This document shows positions 38,401 through 47,852 of a DNA stretch of 64,000 nt, piece by piece. The first letter of the stretch is position 1. Each line of letters opens with the position of its first letter. A model generated the notes under the pieces. It was not told where the DNA came from. It was given only the letters and a program-made list of their open reading frames with translations, and made no database searches. Both the position numbers and the translations under genes were made by a program. Origin of the DNA: a virus; the IMG/VR virus record IMGVR_UViG_3300027708_000030, positions 66,973 to 130,972 of that record. One strand, written 5' to 3'.

Positions 38401-39351
38401 ATGGTCGCTTCAGTAAATCGTTTTCCGTTAGTAGTCGATTCAACTACTAAAAAAATTGAAGAATTACCGAATGGTGATAATTTAGATTTAACTGGTAGTG
38501 GTATCTCTGCAGTTAGAGATATTATATCAGAAACTAATAACACATATTCTTTAGGTAGTTCTAGTTATCAGTGGCAAAATTTATGGCTTGGTAGTTCTAT
38601 TAGTTCTAATAGTTCATCGGTCAATTTATTAAATACCACAGTAACTACTTTAAATATTGGTGGTGCTGCAACTACAGTAGGTATTGGTGCCAACTCTGGA
38701 ACAACAACTGTTAATAATGATTTAACAGTTCAAGGAAATTTAGATGTTAAGGGAACTGTCTCTTTCATCGAATCTACTACCACTCAGGTATTAGATAAGA
38801 ATTTAGAATTAGGTAAAGTTGCTAGTCCCACAGATACTACTGCTGATGGCGGTGGTATCAGTTTATTGGGAACTACTACTAAGACATTTAATTGGTATCA
38901 AAATACCAGTGCATGGACCAGCAGTGAGAAACTTTCCCATCAAGGTTTAGTTCCAACTACAGGAACTGAAATTGATCAGATTAAGAGTATAACAAAGTCT
39001 TTGACTTTAACGACTGATTGGCAAGATACTGGAATTGGTTATGCAGATTTAGCAACAGGTACGTATTTAATACAGTTGTTTGCTAATGATACTGGTGCAG
39101 GTGGTACAAGTACGAATGAGTATTATTCAGGAACCCTTAGTTGGTATGCTGGAACTACGAATTCTTCAGTAGCATTACCAACTGATGAAATACCACTACA
39201 CAGAGCAGGTGCTTCTTCTGAGGGTGGTTTGTATTTAAGAACGTATAGATCTACTTCTGGATCAGGAACTAATTTAAAATTGCAAATTTATGCAAATTTA
39301 GCAAACTCATCTGCATCAAATTACGTGTTTAAATTCAGAAGAATGATGTAA
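38401..39351 (+). CDS. Fibre protein
   Basis: NRFPLVV..IEELP.GDNLDL N-terminus; DKNLELG..PTDTTADGGGI block shared with 39383..41098. Confidence 0.75.
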   Translation: MVASVNRFPLVVDSTTKKIEELPNGDNLDLTGSGISAVRDIISETNNTYSLGSSSYQWQNLWLGSSISSNSSSVNLLNTTVTTLNIGGAATTVGIGANSGTTTVNNDLTVQGNLDVKGTVSFIESTTTQVLDKNLELGKVASPTDTTADGGGISLLGTTTKTFNWYQNTSAWTSSEKLSHQGLVPTTGTEIDQIKSITKSLTLTTDWQDTGIGYADLATGTYLIQLFANDTGAGGTSTNEYYSGTLSWYAGTTNSSVALPTDEIPLHRAGASSEGGLYLRTYRSTSGSGTNLKLQIYANLANSSASNYVFKFRRMM

Positions 39352-39382
39352 CATAAATAAAAGAAACTAGAGGAGTTTTCAA

Positions 39383-41098
39383 ATGGCATTTAAGATAAAA
39401 GACGGTCTGCGAATTGGTACAGTAGATGTATTCAATAACGCTGGAGCATTGCTGGTTAGCGCAGGAACATCCAGTAAAGCAACTAATTTAGCTGGTGGTA
39501 ATGGTACAACATTATTAGGTTCTTTACCATATCAAAGTGGTACAGATACAACTAGTCTGTTAAGTCCAAATACAACATCATCAATTAGAGTTCTTACACA
39601 AACTGGTGATGGTACTAATGGTGCTGCTCCAGTATGGACTGCTTCAACTGGTACTGGCTCTGTTGTTTTTGCAACTAGCCCTTCGCTTACAACTCCTACT
39701 CTTGGTGTTGCTTCTGCCACTAGCATCAACAAAGTAGCATTTACTACTCCAGCCACTGGTTCTACTTTAACCATTGCCGATGGTAAAACTCTTACTGCTT
39801 CAAATACATTAACATTCACTGGTACTGACTCCTCTTCTGTCGCTTTTGGTACTGGTGGTACTGTTGCTTATACTTCAAACAAACTTTCTGTATTTGCTGC
39901 AACTACTTCAGCAGAACTTGCTGGTGTTATCTCCGATGAAACTGGTACTGGTGTACTAGTATTCGGAACTGCTCCAACTTTCACTACTAGTATCGATGGT
40001 GGTGCAACTTTTGGTGCATTTGCTTCTTCTACAGCATTAACACTTGGTTATACTGGCACTGCTGCTAATACTACTAATATTGCTACTGGTGCTACTGCCA
40101 GCGCAACTACCAAAACTATTAACATTGGTACTGGCGGTGCAGCTGGTTCCACAACTAACGTAAACTTAGGTTCTGCTTCTGGTGGTACTGTTACTGTTAA
40201 TAATGATATAACAGTTACTGGTAATTTAACTGTAAATGGTACAACAACTACTGTAAATTCAACAACAGTTACTGTTGATGATATTAATATTGAATTAGGT
40301 TCTATTGCTTCTCCTACAGACAGTACTGCCAATGGTGGTGGTATTACTCTTAAGGGTACTACTGATAAAACTATCACTTATGATAATACAAATACTCAGT
40401 GGACATCTAACCAAGACTGGAACATTGCTTCTGGTAAAGCATTTAAGATTAACAACACTTCAGTACTTAATGCTACAACATTAGGTTCTGGTGTTACTGG
40501 TTCTTCTCTTACTTCTGTTGGTACTATCGGTACTGGTGTTTGGCAAGGTACTGTTGTTGGTCCAACTTACGGTGGTACTGGTGTTAATAATGGATCTAAC
40601 ACATTAACTCTGGCAGGTAACGTATCTCACGCTGGCTCATTTACTCAGACATTTACTGCTACTGGTAATACTTCGGTAACTCTACCAACTACTGGTACTC
40701 TTGCTACTTTAGCTGGAACTGAAACACTAACTAATAAGTCTTTCAATAGTGCTATTAACTATCAAGCGTCTGCAGTTACTGTTGCCAATGATAACGTCGT
40801 ACAAGCAACTGTTGCTACTACTTCAGCAACTACTGTTGATTCATGGGCTAAAGCAACTTATCGCTCTGCCAAATATTTGGTACAAGTTACTCAAGGTTCT
40901 AACTATCAAGTTAGCGAAATCATGGTTATCCAAGACGGCACTAATACATACATGACTGAATTTGCAGTCATTGAAACAAATGGTGTATTGTGCACGTTTA
41001 CAAGCAGTATTGTTAGTGCTAACGCTGTGTTAACAGTAACAATGGCATCGGCAACTTCAGCAACTATTAATATCCAGCGTACTCTGTTGGTTGTTTAA
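39383..41098 (+). CDS. Fibre protein
   Basis: FKIKDGL N-terminus; segments shared with 34927..37779; C-terminal YRSAKYLVQ..SEI.V..DG domain. Confidence 0.75.
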   Translation: MAFKIKDGLRIGTVDVFNNAGALLVSAGTSSKATNLAGGNGTTLLGSLPYQSGTDTTSLLSPNTTSSIRVLTQTGDGTNGAAPVWTASTGTGSVVFATSPSLTTPTLGVASATSINKVAFTTPATGSTLTIADGKTLTASNTLTFTGTDSSSVAFGTGGTVAYTSNKLSVFAATTSAELAGVISDETGTGVLVFGTAPTFTTSIDGGATFGAFASSTALTLGYTGTAANTTNIATGATASATTKTINIGTGGAAGSTTNVNLGSASGGTVTVNNDITVTGNLTVNGTTTTVNSTTVTVDDINIELGSIASPTDSTANGGGITLKGTTDKTITYDNTNTQWTSNQDWNIASGKAFKINNTSVLNATTLGSGVTGSSLTSVGTIGTGVWQGTVVGPTYGGTGVNNGSNTLTLAGNVSHAGSFTQTFTATGNTSVTLPTTGTLATLAGTETLTNKSFNSAINYQASAVTVANDNVVQATVATTSATTVDSWAKATYRSAKYLVQVTQGSNYQVSEIMVIQDGTNTYMTEFAVIETNGVLCTFTSSIVSANAVLTVTMASATSATINIQRTLLVV

Positions 41099-41156
41099 TG
41101 TTGTTTTAATATGGGGACTGCTTAAGCAGTCTTCATTTCGTGGAAAATGAAACGAA

Positions 41157-41552
41157 ATGGCAAACGAATTTAAAGTCAAAAATGGTCTGATATTATCATC
41201 AGGCTCTCTTACTCTTCCTGGAACACTGGTTGTCGGTGGTACTGCAGGAACATCAGGTCAATATCTCCAATCAACAGCTACAGGTTTACAGTGGGCTTCT
41301 ATCACTGGTGGAACATCTATTTCCCAAGCCAATAGTTCTATTGCTGTGGTAGATAGTGGGGTTGGAACAATTACAACTACGGTAGATGGAACAGTTGTTC
41401 AAACTGATTCTGTTTCTGGTTCTGCGTTTTCTGGTGTTCCAACTGCACCAACTGCAGCTGCAGGAACTTCTACAACGCAAATTGCCACTACATCATTTGC
41501 AGCTACTGAGGCTCTTAACAAAGCAGTGGCAATGTCAATCGCACTAGGATAA
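41157..41552 (+). CDS. Short fibre/linker protein (FKVKNGL N-terminus, AMSIALG C-terminus)
   Basis: G.PTAPTAAAGT.TTQIATT fibre motif. Confidence 0.7.
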   Translation: MANEFKVKNGLILSSGSLTLPGTLVVGGTAGTSGQYLQSTATGLQWASITGGTSISQANSSIAVVDSGVGTITTTVDGTVVQTDSVSGSAFSGVPTAPTAAAGTSTTQIATTSFAATEALNKAVAMSIALG

Positions 41553-41556
41553 TTAT

Positions 41557-42513
41557 ATGGCAGTCACTTCAAGAGATGGATTAAAACAATATGCTCTAAG
41601 AGCATTGGGTGCACCTGTGCTTGAGATTAACGTAGATGATGATCAGGTCGAAGATCGTATTGATGAAGCATTAGATTATTGGAGACTATACCACTACGAA
41701 GGTATAGAACAAATCTATCTAAAACAACAAATTCGTGCATCAGAAATTACATTATCTACATCAGTTGCGGGTACATTTGTTCTTGCTGAAAAAATAACTG
41801 GTGCAACTTCTGGTGCTATTGCAGAAGTATGTAGAGAATCCACTAGAACTTCTACTGGTACTTTGTTATTAGTTCGAAATGTTACTGGTACATTTATAGC
41901 TGGAGAGGCTATTGCAGGTTCTTCTGGTCATGTAGCCACATTAAGTTCAATCACTTTACGTGAATATGATAATCGTTATGTTGAAATTCCAGATTATGTC
42001 TGGGGTGTCACAAAGATTCTATCTGTGGGTCAAGCATCTTCTTCAAAGAATATCTTTGATTTACAGTATCAGTTACGTCTAAATGACTTGTATGATCTAA
42101 CATCAACTTCTTTAATCTATTACAAAACTGTAATGAGTCATTTGGCTCTATTAGATTTTGAGTTAAATGGTCATCAAGGATTCCGCTTTAATCGTATGTC
42201 AAATCGTCTTTATCTAGACGCTAACTGGCAAACAGATTTTATTCTTGGCGATTACATTATCGTTCAAAGTTATCGTGCAATGGATCCAACAACATGGTCT
42301 AAAGTCTATAACGAGCCATGGTTAAAACATTATGTTACTGCTTTAATTAAAAAACAATGGGGCACTAATCTTAAAAAGTTTAGTGGTCTACAACTTCCAG
42401 GTGGAGTTACACTTGATGGTGATAAACTATACGCTGAAGCAACAGAAGAAATAAAAGAATATGAAGACGAATTAATGAACAAGTCTGCACCCTTAGATTT
42501 TTTCATGGGATAA
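41557..42513 (+). CDS. gp13: Neck protein gp13
   Basis: YALRALGAPVLEINVDDDQVEDRIDEAL; K.QWG.NL.KF.G.QLPGGVTL.G. Confidence 0.93.
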   Translation: MAVTSRDGLKQYALRALGAPVLEINVDDDQVEDRIDEALDYWRLYHYEGIEQIYLKQQIRASEITLSTSVAGTFVLAEKITGATSGAIAEVCRESTRTSTGTLLLVRNVTGTFIAGEAIAGSSGHVATLSSITLREYDNRYVEIPDYVWGVTKILSVGQASSSKNIFDLQYQLRLNDLYDLTSTSLIYYKTVMSHLALLDFELNGHQGFRFNRMSNRLYLDANWQTDFILGDYIIVQSYRAMDPTTWSKVYNEPWLKHYVTALIKKQWGTNLKKFSGLQLPGGVTLDGDKLYAEATEEIKEYEDELMNKSAPLDFFMG

Positions 42514-42516
42514 TTA

Positions 42517-43440
42517 ATGTCTCGTAATGTATACTTTACTAATGGAACTGGGTCTGAACAATTATTAATTGAAGACCTCATCATAGAATCTTTAAAGATC
42601 TATGGTCAGGATTTCTTTTATATTCCAAGAACACTAGTTTCCAAAGATGAAATTCTTGGCGAGGATCGTCTTTCTCAATTTAAGTCTTCATTTCCAATTG
42701 AAATGTATTTTGAGAATGTAGATTCGCTTGATGGTCAAGGTGCATTTATTCAAAAGTTTGGTCTTATGATGGAACAGTCAGCTACATTGGTAGTTGCAAA
42801 AAGACGTTGGGATCAACTTGTTGGTCGTTATGGTGTTACACAAATTTCATCTCGTCCAAATGAAGGTGATCTACTTTACTTCCCTCTAACAAAAGGTATG
42901 TTTGAAATTAAGTTTGTCAAACATCAAGATCCATTTTATCAACTTGGTAAACTTTATGTTTACAAATTACAAGTTGAATTGTTCCAGTACTCTTCAGAAA
43001 GAATTGATACTGGTATCTCTGAAATTGATGCCTTTGAAACTCTCAAAACATTCAGCACCAATACTACAAGAAACAACACTGGTTATGTAACTCATATTAA
43101 TGTAACAAATCAGGGATCTGGATATTCCACTGCTCCAGCAGTTACATTCTCATCAGGTAAAGCAACTGCTACTGCTAATCTTGGTTCTGGAACAACTGCT
43201 GGCAAAGTTATTTCTATTACTGTTACTGATGGTGGAACAGGTTATGCATCTGCTCCAGTGATTACAATTGCAGCACCACCAAGTGGAATAACTGCCATAG
43301 CAACTGCATTTATTGATATTGATATTGATAAAACAGAATCTTACGGTGACAATAATAAATTTAAAACTCAAGGCGCAGATGTTTTGTTTAGCGTCGCCAA
43401 TCCATTTGGTGAAGTAGATATCACAAAGAATACTGAATAA
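42517..43440 (+). CDS. gp14: Neck protein gp14
   Basis: EQ.LIEDLIIESLKIYG..YIPR; RPNEGDL.YFP; PFYQLGK; NPFGE. Confidence 0.93.
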   Translation: MSRNVYFTNGTGSEQLLIEDLIIESLKIYGQDFFYIPRTLVSKDEILGEDRLSQFKSSFPIEMYFENVDSLDGQGAFIQKFGLMMEQSATLVVAKRRWDQLVGRYGVTQISSRPNEGDLLYFPLTKGMFEIKFVKHQDPFYQLGKLYVYKLQVELFQYSSERIDTGISEIDAFETLKTFSTNTTRNNTGYVTHINVTNQGSGYSTAPAVTFSSGKATATANLGSGTTAGKVISITVTDGGTGYASAPVITIAAPPSGITAIATAFIDIDIDKTESYGDNNKFKTQGADVLFSVANPFGEVDITKNTE

Positions 43441-44186
43441 TGTTAAACAATAATGTATATTATCACGGAATAATTCGTAAGTGCATCGTAGGATTCGGCA
43501 CTCTATTCAGCGACATCTATATCGATCGTCGTGAAGGCGATTCTGTAACTGGTAATGTTATTCAACGATTACAAGTACCACTTGCATATGCTCCAAAAGA
43601 AAAATGGGTAGTTCGTTTAGATCAAGATCCAACATTAGAAAACCACACTTACGTTTCACTACCAAGAATGTCATTTGAAATTATTGGTTACAACTACGAT
43701 CCATCACGCAAAGTAAATCGTATGCAACAATTGAAGTGTGGTGACGGCACTGGTTCAGTATCAACCATGTATACTCCTGTTCCGTATAACTTGGACTTAT
43801 CACTATACATTCTGACTAAAACTCAAGAAGATGGTCTACAAATTCTTGAACAAATCCTTCCAACATTTACACCTGAATATACATTATCAATTAATGTAGT
43901 TCCAGACATGAATGTTAAGATTGATGTGCCTATTATTTTAAATAGTGTATCAGTTCAAGACGACTATGATGGTGACTTTCAAACTCGCAGATTTGTAACA
44001 CATAGTCTTAGTTTTCAAATGAAGGTAAACTTATTTGGACCAATCGCAGGACAAAATGTTATACAAACTGTCAATGCAAATATTGGTGAGAATGAAAACT
44101 TTAATAATCCAAACAGAGTTTACGCTGCAACAGGTGATGTTACTACTGCAACTGTTAATACGGAGAGTTGGCTGGACGGATTTTAA
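43440..44186 (+). CDS. gp15: Tail sheath stabiliser / completion protein gp15
   Basis: FGTLFSDI, VPLAYAPKEK, LPRMSFE, QILEQILP.F.P. Confidence 0.93.
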   Translation: MLNNNVYYHGIIRKCIVGFGTLFSDIYIDRREGDSVTGNVIQRLQVPLAYAPKEKWVVRLDQDPTLENHTYVSLPRMSFEIIGYNYDPSRKVNRMQQLKCGDGTGSVSTMYTPVPYNLDLSLYILTKTQEDGLQILEQILPTFTPEYTLSINVVPDMNVKIDVPIILNSVSVQDDYDGDFQTRRFVTHSLSFQMKVNLFGPIAGQNVIQTVNANIGENENFNNPNRVYAATGDVTTATVNTESWLDGF

Positions 44187-44188
44187 TT

Positions 44189-45766
44189 ATGGCTGAAATT
44201 TATAATTCAAACTCCAACCTTAAAGCAGCTGGAGTTACTGTTGACTTTACACCTGAAGATGTAAAAGAGTACATGAAGTGTGCGGCAGATCCGCTATACT
44301 TTATTGAAACTTACTGTTACATTGTTACACTAGATCATGGTCTACAGTTGTTTAAATTGTATGACTGCCAGAAAAACAAATTAAATATTATACATAATAA
44401 TCGTCGTGTGATTCTTATGGAAGGTCGTCAGCAAGGTAAGACAACTACCTCTGCAGCCTACATTCTTTGGTATACGATTTTTCAAGCCAACAAAACTGTG
44501 GCTATCCTTGCGAACAAAGCAACTGCTGCACGTGAGGTTTTAGATCGTTATCAAATAATGTACGAGTTGCTACCAAAGTGGATGCAACAAGGTGTTACTA
44601 CTTGGAACAAAGGTGACATTGAACTAGAGAATGGTTCAAAGGTATTCACTGCTGCAACAGGTAAGTCTGGTATTCGTGGTAAATCTGTAAACATGTTGTA
44701 TGTTGACGAAGCAGCGATTATTCCAAACAACGTGGCAGAAGAATTCTTTACTTCAGTTTATCCTACGATTTCCGCTGGTCAGACTACTAAAATTCTACTG
44801 TCATCAACTCCACTTGGTTATAACCACTTCTGGAAGTTTTGGACAGACGCTGAAAAAGGTAGAAATGGATTCGTTAATCTATTCATACCATATTGGGAAA
44901 TTCCAGGTCGTGATGAAGCATGGGCTGCAGAACAAAAAGCCCAGCTCGGTGAACTTAAATTTACTCAAGAGGTTCTTTGTAACTTCTTGGGTTCTTCTCT
45001 CACTCTAGTTCGTGCAGATACAATTTCTAGAATGAGTCCAGATACTATCGTCCACCAGAAAGATGGGTTGGATGTATATGTAAACCCACAGGCTGGTCAT
45101 ACTTATTGTATGGTCTGTGACGTGGCAAAAGGTGTTGGTGGGGATTATTCAGCATTCCAAGTTATTGATATCACAGAGGTTCCATACAGAATCGTTGCAA
45201 AGTATCGTAATAATGAAATTAGTCCGTTACTCTATCCAAACGTAATTTACAAAATTGGAAAAGAGTATAACCAAGCATGGGTATTATTGGAAATTAACAT
45301 CTCGGAACAGGTTGCTCACATCCTATATTCTGAGATGGAATACGAAAATATATTGATGGTTACAAGACACGCTATGGGGCAAACAGTCTCTGGTGGTTTT
45401 GGTGGTGGTAAAACACAGTTGGGTGTCAATACCGATAAAAAGATTAAAAGGATTGGGTGTCATAACTTTAAAGCACTCGTTGAGGAAAACAAACTTATTA
45501 TTAATGATGCGGATACGATTTCAGAAATCTCTACTTTTATTGAGAAAAAAGGATCTTATGAAGCAGATGAAGGGTATCACGACGATTTGGTAATGCCATT
45601 AGTTCTATTTGGATGGCTCACTACTAACTCTTATTTCAAAGACCTAAATAATGTTAATCTACGAAATATCATGTACGCTAAGCAAATGCTGGCGATCGAA
45701 GAAGAATTAACACCTTTTGGGTTCTATGACGATGGGCAACCTGAGAAGGCTCCATTGAACTTCTAG
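44189..45766 (+). CDS. gp17: Terminase large subunit gp17
   Basis: Walker A GRQQGKTT, ILANK, LYVDE Walker B, STPLG, nuclease DVAKGVGGDYS and HDDLVM; ATG at 44189. Confidence 0.96.
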   Translation: MAEIYNSNSNLKAAGVTVDFTPEDVKEYMKCAADPLYFIETYCYIVTLDHGLQLFKLYDCQKNKLNIIHNNRRVILMEGRQQGKTTTSAAYILWYTIFQANKTVAILANKATAAREVLDRYQIMYELLPKWMQQGVTTWNKGDIELENGSKVFTAATGKSGIRGKSVNMLYVDEAAIIPNNVAEEFFTSVYPTISAGQTTKILLSSTPLGYNHFWKFWTDAEKGRNGFVNLFIPYWEIPGRDEAWAAEQKAQLGELKFTQEVLCNFLGSSLTLVRADTISRMSPDTIVHQKDGLDVYVNPQAGHTYCMVCDVAKGVGGDYSAFQVIDITEVPYRIVAKYRNNEISPLLYPNVIYKIGKEYNQAWVLLEINISEQVAHILYSEMEYENILMVTRHAMGQTVSGGFGGGKTQLGVNTDKKIKRIGCHNFKALVEENKLIINDADTISEISTFIEKKGSYEADEGYHDDLVMPLVLFGWLTTNSYFKDLNNVNLRNIMYAKQMLAIEEELTPFGFYDDGQPEKAPLNF

Positions 45767-45779
45767 AAATCGTGTAAAA

Positions 45780-45787
45780 ACTAAATA
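45780..45787 (+). promoter_or_regulatory. Late promoter (ACTAAATA) for gp18
   Basis: NNTAAATA in the intergenic gap before the sheath gene. Confidence 0.65.
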
Positions 45788-45839
45788 AAAGGTAGACATG
45801 AATTTTGTCTAGGTAAACTTATTAACAAGGAGAATTACA

Positions 45840-47816
45840 ATGCCGTTTCAATTATCTCCAGGCGTTGCAGTCGTAGAAAAAGATTTCACATCAATCGTTC
45901 CAGCCGTTGCCACTTCTATTGGTGCATTTGCAGGTTCGTTTGGCTGGGGTCCAGTAATGGAACCAACTACAGTTAGCTCTGAGAACGAATTAGTTCGTCG
46001 CTTCGGAAAACCTACTGATAGTAACGCAGATTCTTTCTTTACAGCAGCAAACTTCCTATCATATACAAACAACTTATTACTAGTTCGTGCAGACGCAACT
46101 GGTCTTAAGAATGCAGTTGCTTCTGGAACTGCTCTTAAAATTAAAAACACCGAGACATATTTGGCTTCTTATGCTTCTGGTCAAGCATCAGTTGGTGAAT
46201 GGGCTGCAAAGTATCCAGGTACACTAGGAAATTCTTTACAAGTTTCTATGTGTGATGCGGATTCATTTAGCACTTGGGCATTCAAAGACTACTTTGATGG
46301 CACTCCAGGAACTTCTACATACGCTACTTCAAATAACTTTACTATCGGTAATGATGAACTACACATTATTGTTATTGACCAAGATGGTCTTTTAACTGGT
46401 ACTGTTGGTACAGTTCTAGAAAAATTTGCATTCGTTTCAAAGGCATCTGATGCTAAGAAATCTGATGGTACAAATAACTACTACAAAGATGTAGTAAATT
46501 CTCGTTCACAGTATATCTACTGGATGGATCCAACTACTACAGTTGCAACTGGCGGTAGTGCATGGGGAACAAGTTTTGCTTCTTTAAATCCTAGCGCAAC
46601 AGTTACTGGTGTTGCTATTAGTAGCACTTCTGGTGCATTTACTTGTAGTGCTGCCACTTTGGCTGTTGGTGATAAGATCACTATCACTGGTACATTAGGT
46701 GGTACTGGAACTATTACTGGTTATACAACTGGTACTGTTTATAAAGTTTCTGCTGTTACTGGTACTTCACCAAGCGTGACTGCATTCACATTAACTACTG
46801 TTTCTGGTTCTGCTATCGTTACTACTACTGGTACTCCAACAGGATTAACATATACAAATACACCATACTTCAAGTCAATGTCTGCTGCAGTTACATCATC
46901 ACTAACTGGTGGTGTTGACGATTTTGCTCCAACTGATTCTGATAAACAAAACGCTTTTGCTTTATTTGCAAATGCTGAATTGTATGATGTCAGCCTAGTT
47001 ATGTTGGGTAAAGCATCTGCTGCAACTGCAACTTATGTTATCAATAACATCGCTGAAGTTCGTTTAGATTGCGTAGCGTTTATCTCTCCACAAGATACAT
47101 CTTCTGGTGATGTAATTATCGGTAGCGACTCAACTGCTTCTACTGCTATCACTACTTACCGTGATGCTCTTCCATCTAGCTCTTATGCTGTTATGGATAC
47201 TGGTTACAAGTATCAATACGATCGCTACAATGACAAGTATCGTTATATCCCATTGAATGGTGATGTTGCTGGTCTATGTGCTCGTACTGACTACACGAAT
47301 GACCCATGGTTCTCTCCAGGTGGTTTAAATCGTGGTCAAATCAAGAATGTTGTTAAGTTGGCATTCAATCCAAACAAAACACTTCGTGATACTCTTTACA
47401 AGAAGGGTGTTAACCCAGTTGTTACATTCCCAGGAGAAGGTACTGTTCTGTTCGGTGACAAGACTCTATTGGCTAAGCCAAGTGCATTTGATCGTATCAA
47501 TGTGCGTCGTCTATTCATCGTTATGGAAAAGGCGATTGCAACTGCTGCTAAATTCCAGTTGTTCGAATTCAACGATGGATTTACTCGTGCACAGTTCAAG
47601 AACTTAGTTGAACCATTCCTACGTGACGTACAGGGTCGTCGTGGTATTACTGATTTCGTTGTTAAGTGCGATGAGTCTAACAACACAGGTGAAGTTATCG
47701 ATCGTAACGAATTCGTTGCTGATATCTTCGTTAAGCCAAATCGTTCTATCAACTTTATCACTCTCAATTTCGTTGCTGCTCGTTCTGCGATTAACTTCTC
47801 AGAAATCGGTGCGTAA
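45840..47816 (+). CDS. gp18: Tail sheath protein gp18
   Basis: QLSPGVAVVEKD, PWFSPGG.NRG, FDRINVRRLF. Confidence 0.96.
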   Translation: MPFQLSPGVAVVEKDFTSIVPAVATSIGAFAGSFGWGPVMEPTTVSSENELVRRFGKPTDSNADSFFTAANFLSYTNNLLLVRADATGLKNAVASGTALKIKNTETYLASYASGQASVGEWAAKYPGTLGNSLQVSMCDADSFSTWAFKDYFDGTPGTSTYATSNNFTIGNDELHIIVIDQDGLLTGTVGTVLEKFAFVSKASDAKKSDGTNNYYKDVVNSRSQYIYWMDPTTTVATGGSAWGTSFASLNPSATVTGVAISSTSGAFTCSAATLAVGDKITITGTLGGTGTITGYTTGTVYKVSAVTGTSPSVTAFTLTTVSGSAIVTTTGTPTGLTYTNTPYFKSMSAAVTSSLTGGVDDFAPTDSDKQNAFALFANAELYDVSLVMLGKASAATATYVINNIAEVRLDCVAFISPQDTSSGDVIIGSDSTASTAITTYRDALPSSSYAVMDTGYKYQYDRYNDKYRYIPLNGDVAGLCARTDYTNDPWFSPGGLNRGQIKNVVKLAFNPNKTLRDTLYKKGVNPVVTFPGEGTVLFGDKTLLAKPSAFDRINVRRLFIVMEKAIATAAKFQLFEFNDGFTRAQFKNLVEPFLRDVQGRRGITDFVVKCDESNNTGEVIDRNEFVADIFVKPNRSINFITLNFVAARSAINFSEIGA

Positions 47817-47821
47817 TTCAA

Positions 47822-47829
47822 GATAAATA
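47822..47829 (+). promoter_or_regulatory. Late promoter (GATAAATA) for gp19
   Basis: Intergenic, upstream of the AAGGAG RBS. Confidence 0.65.
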
Positions 47830-47852
47830 AAGAAAAGAACAAGGAGAATTAA

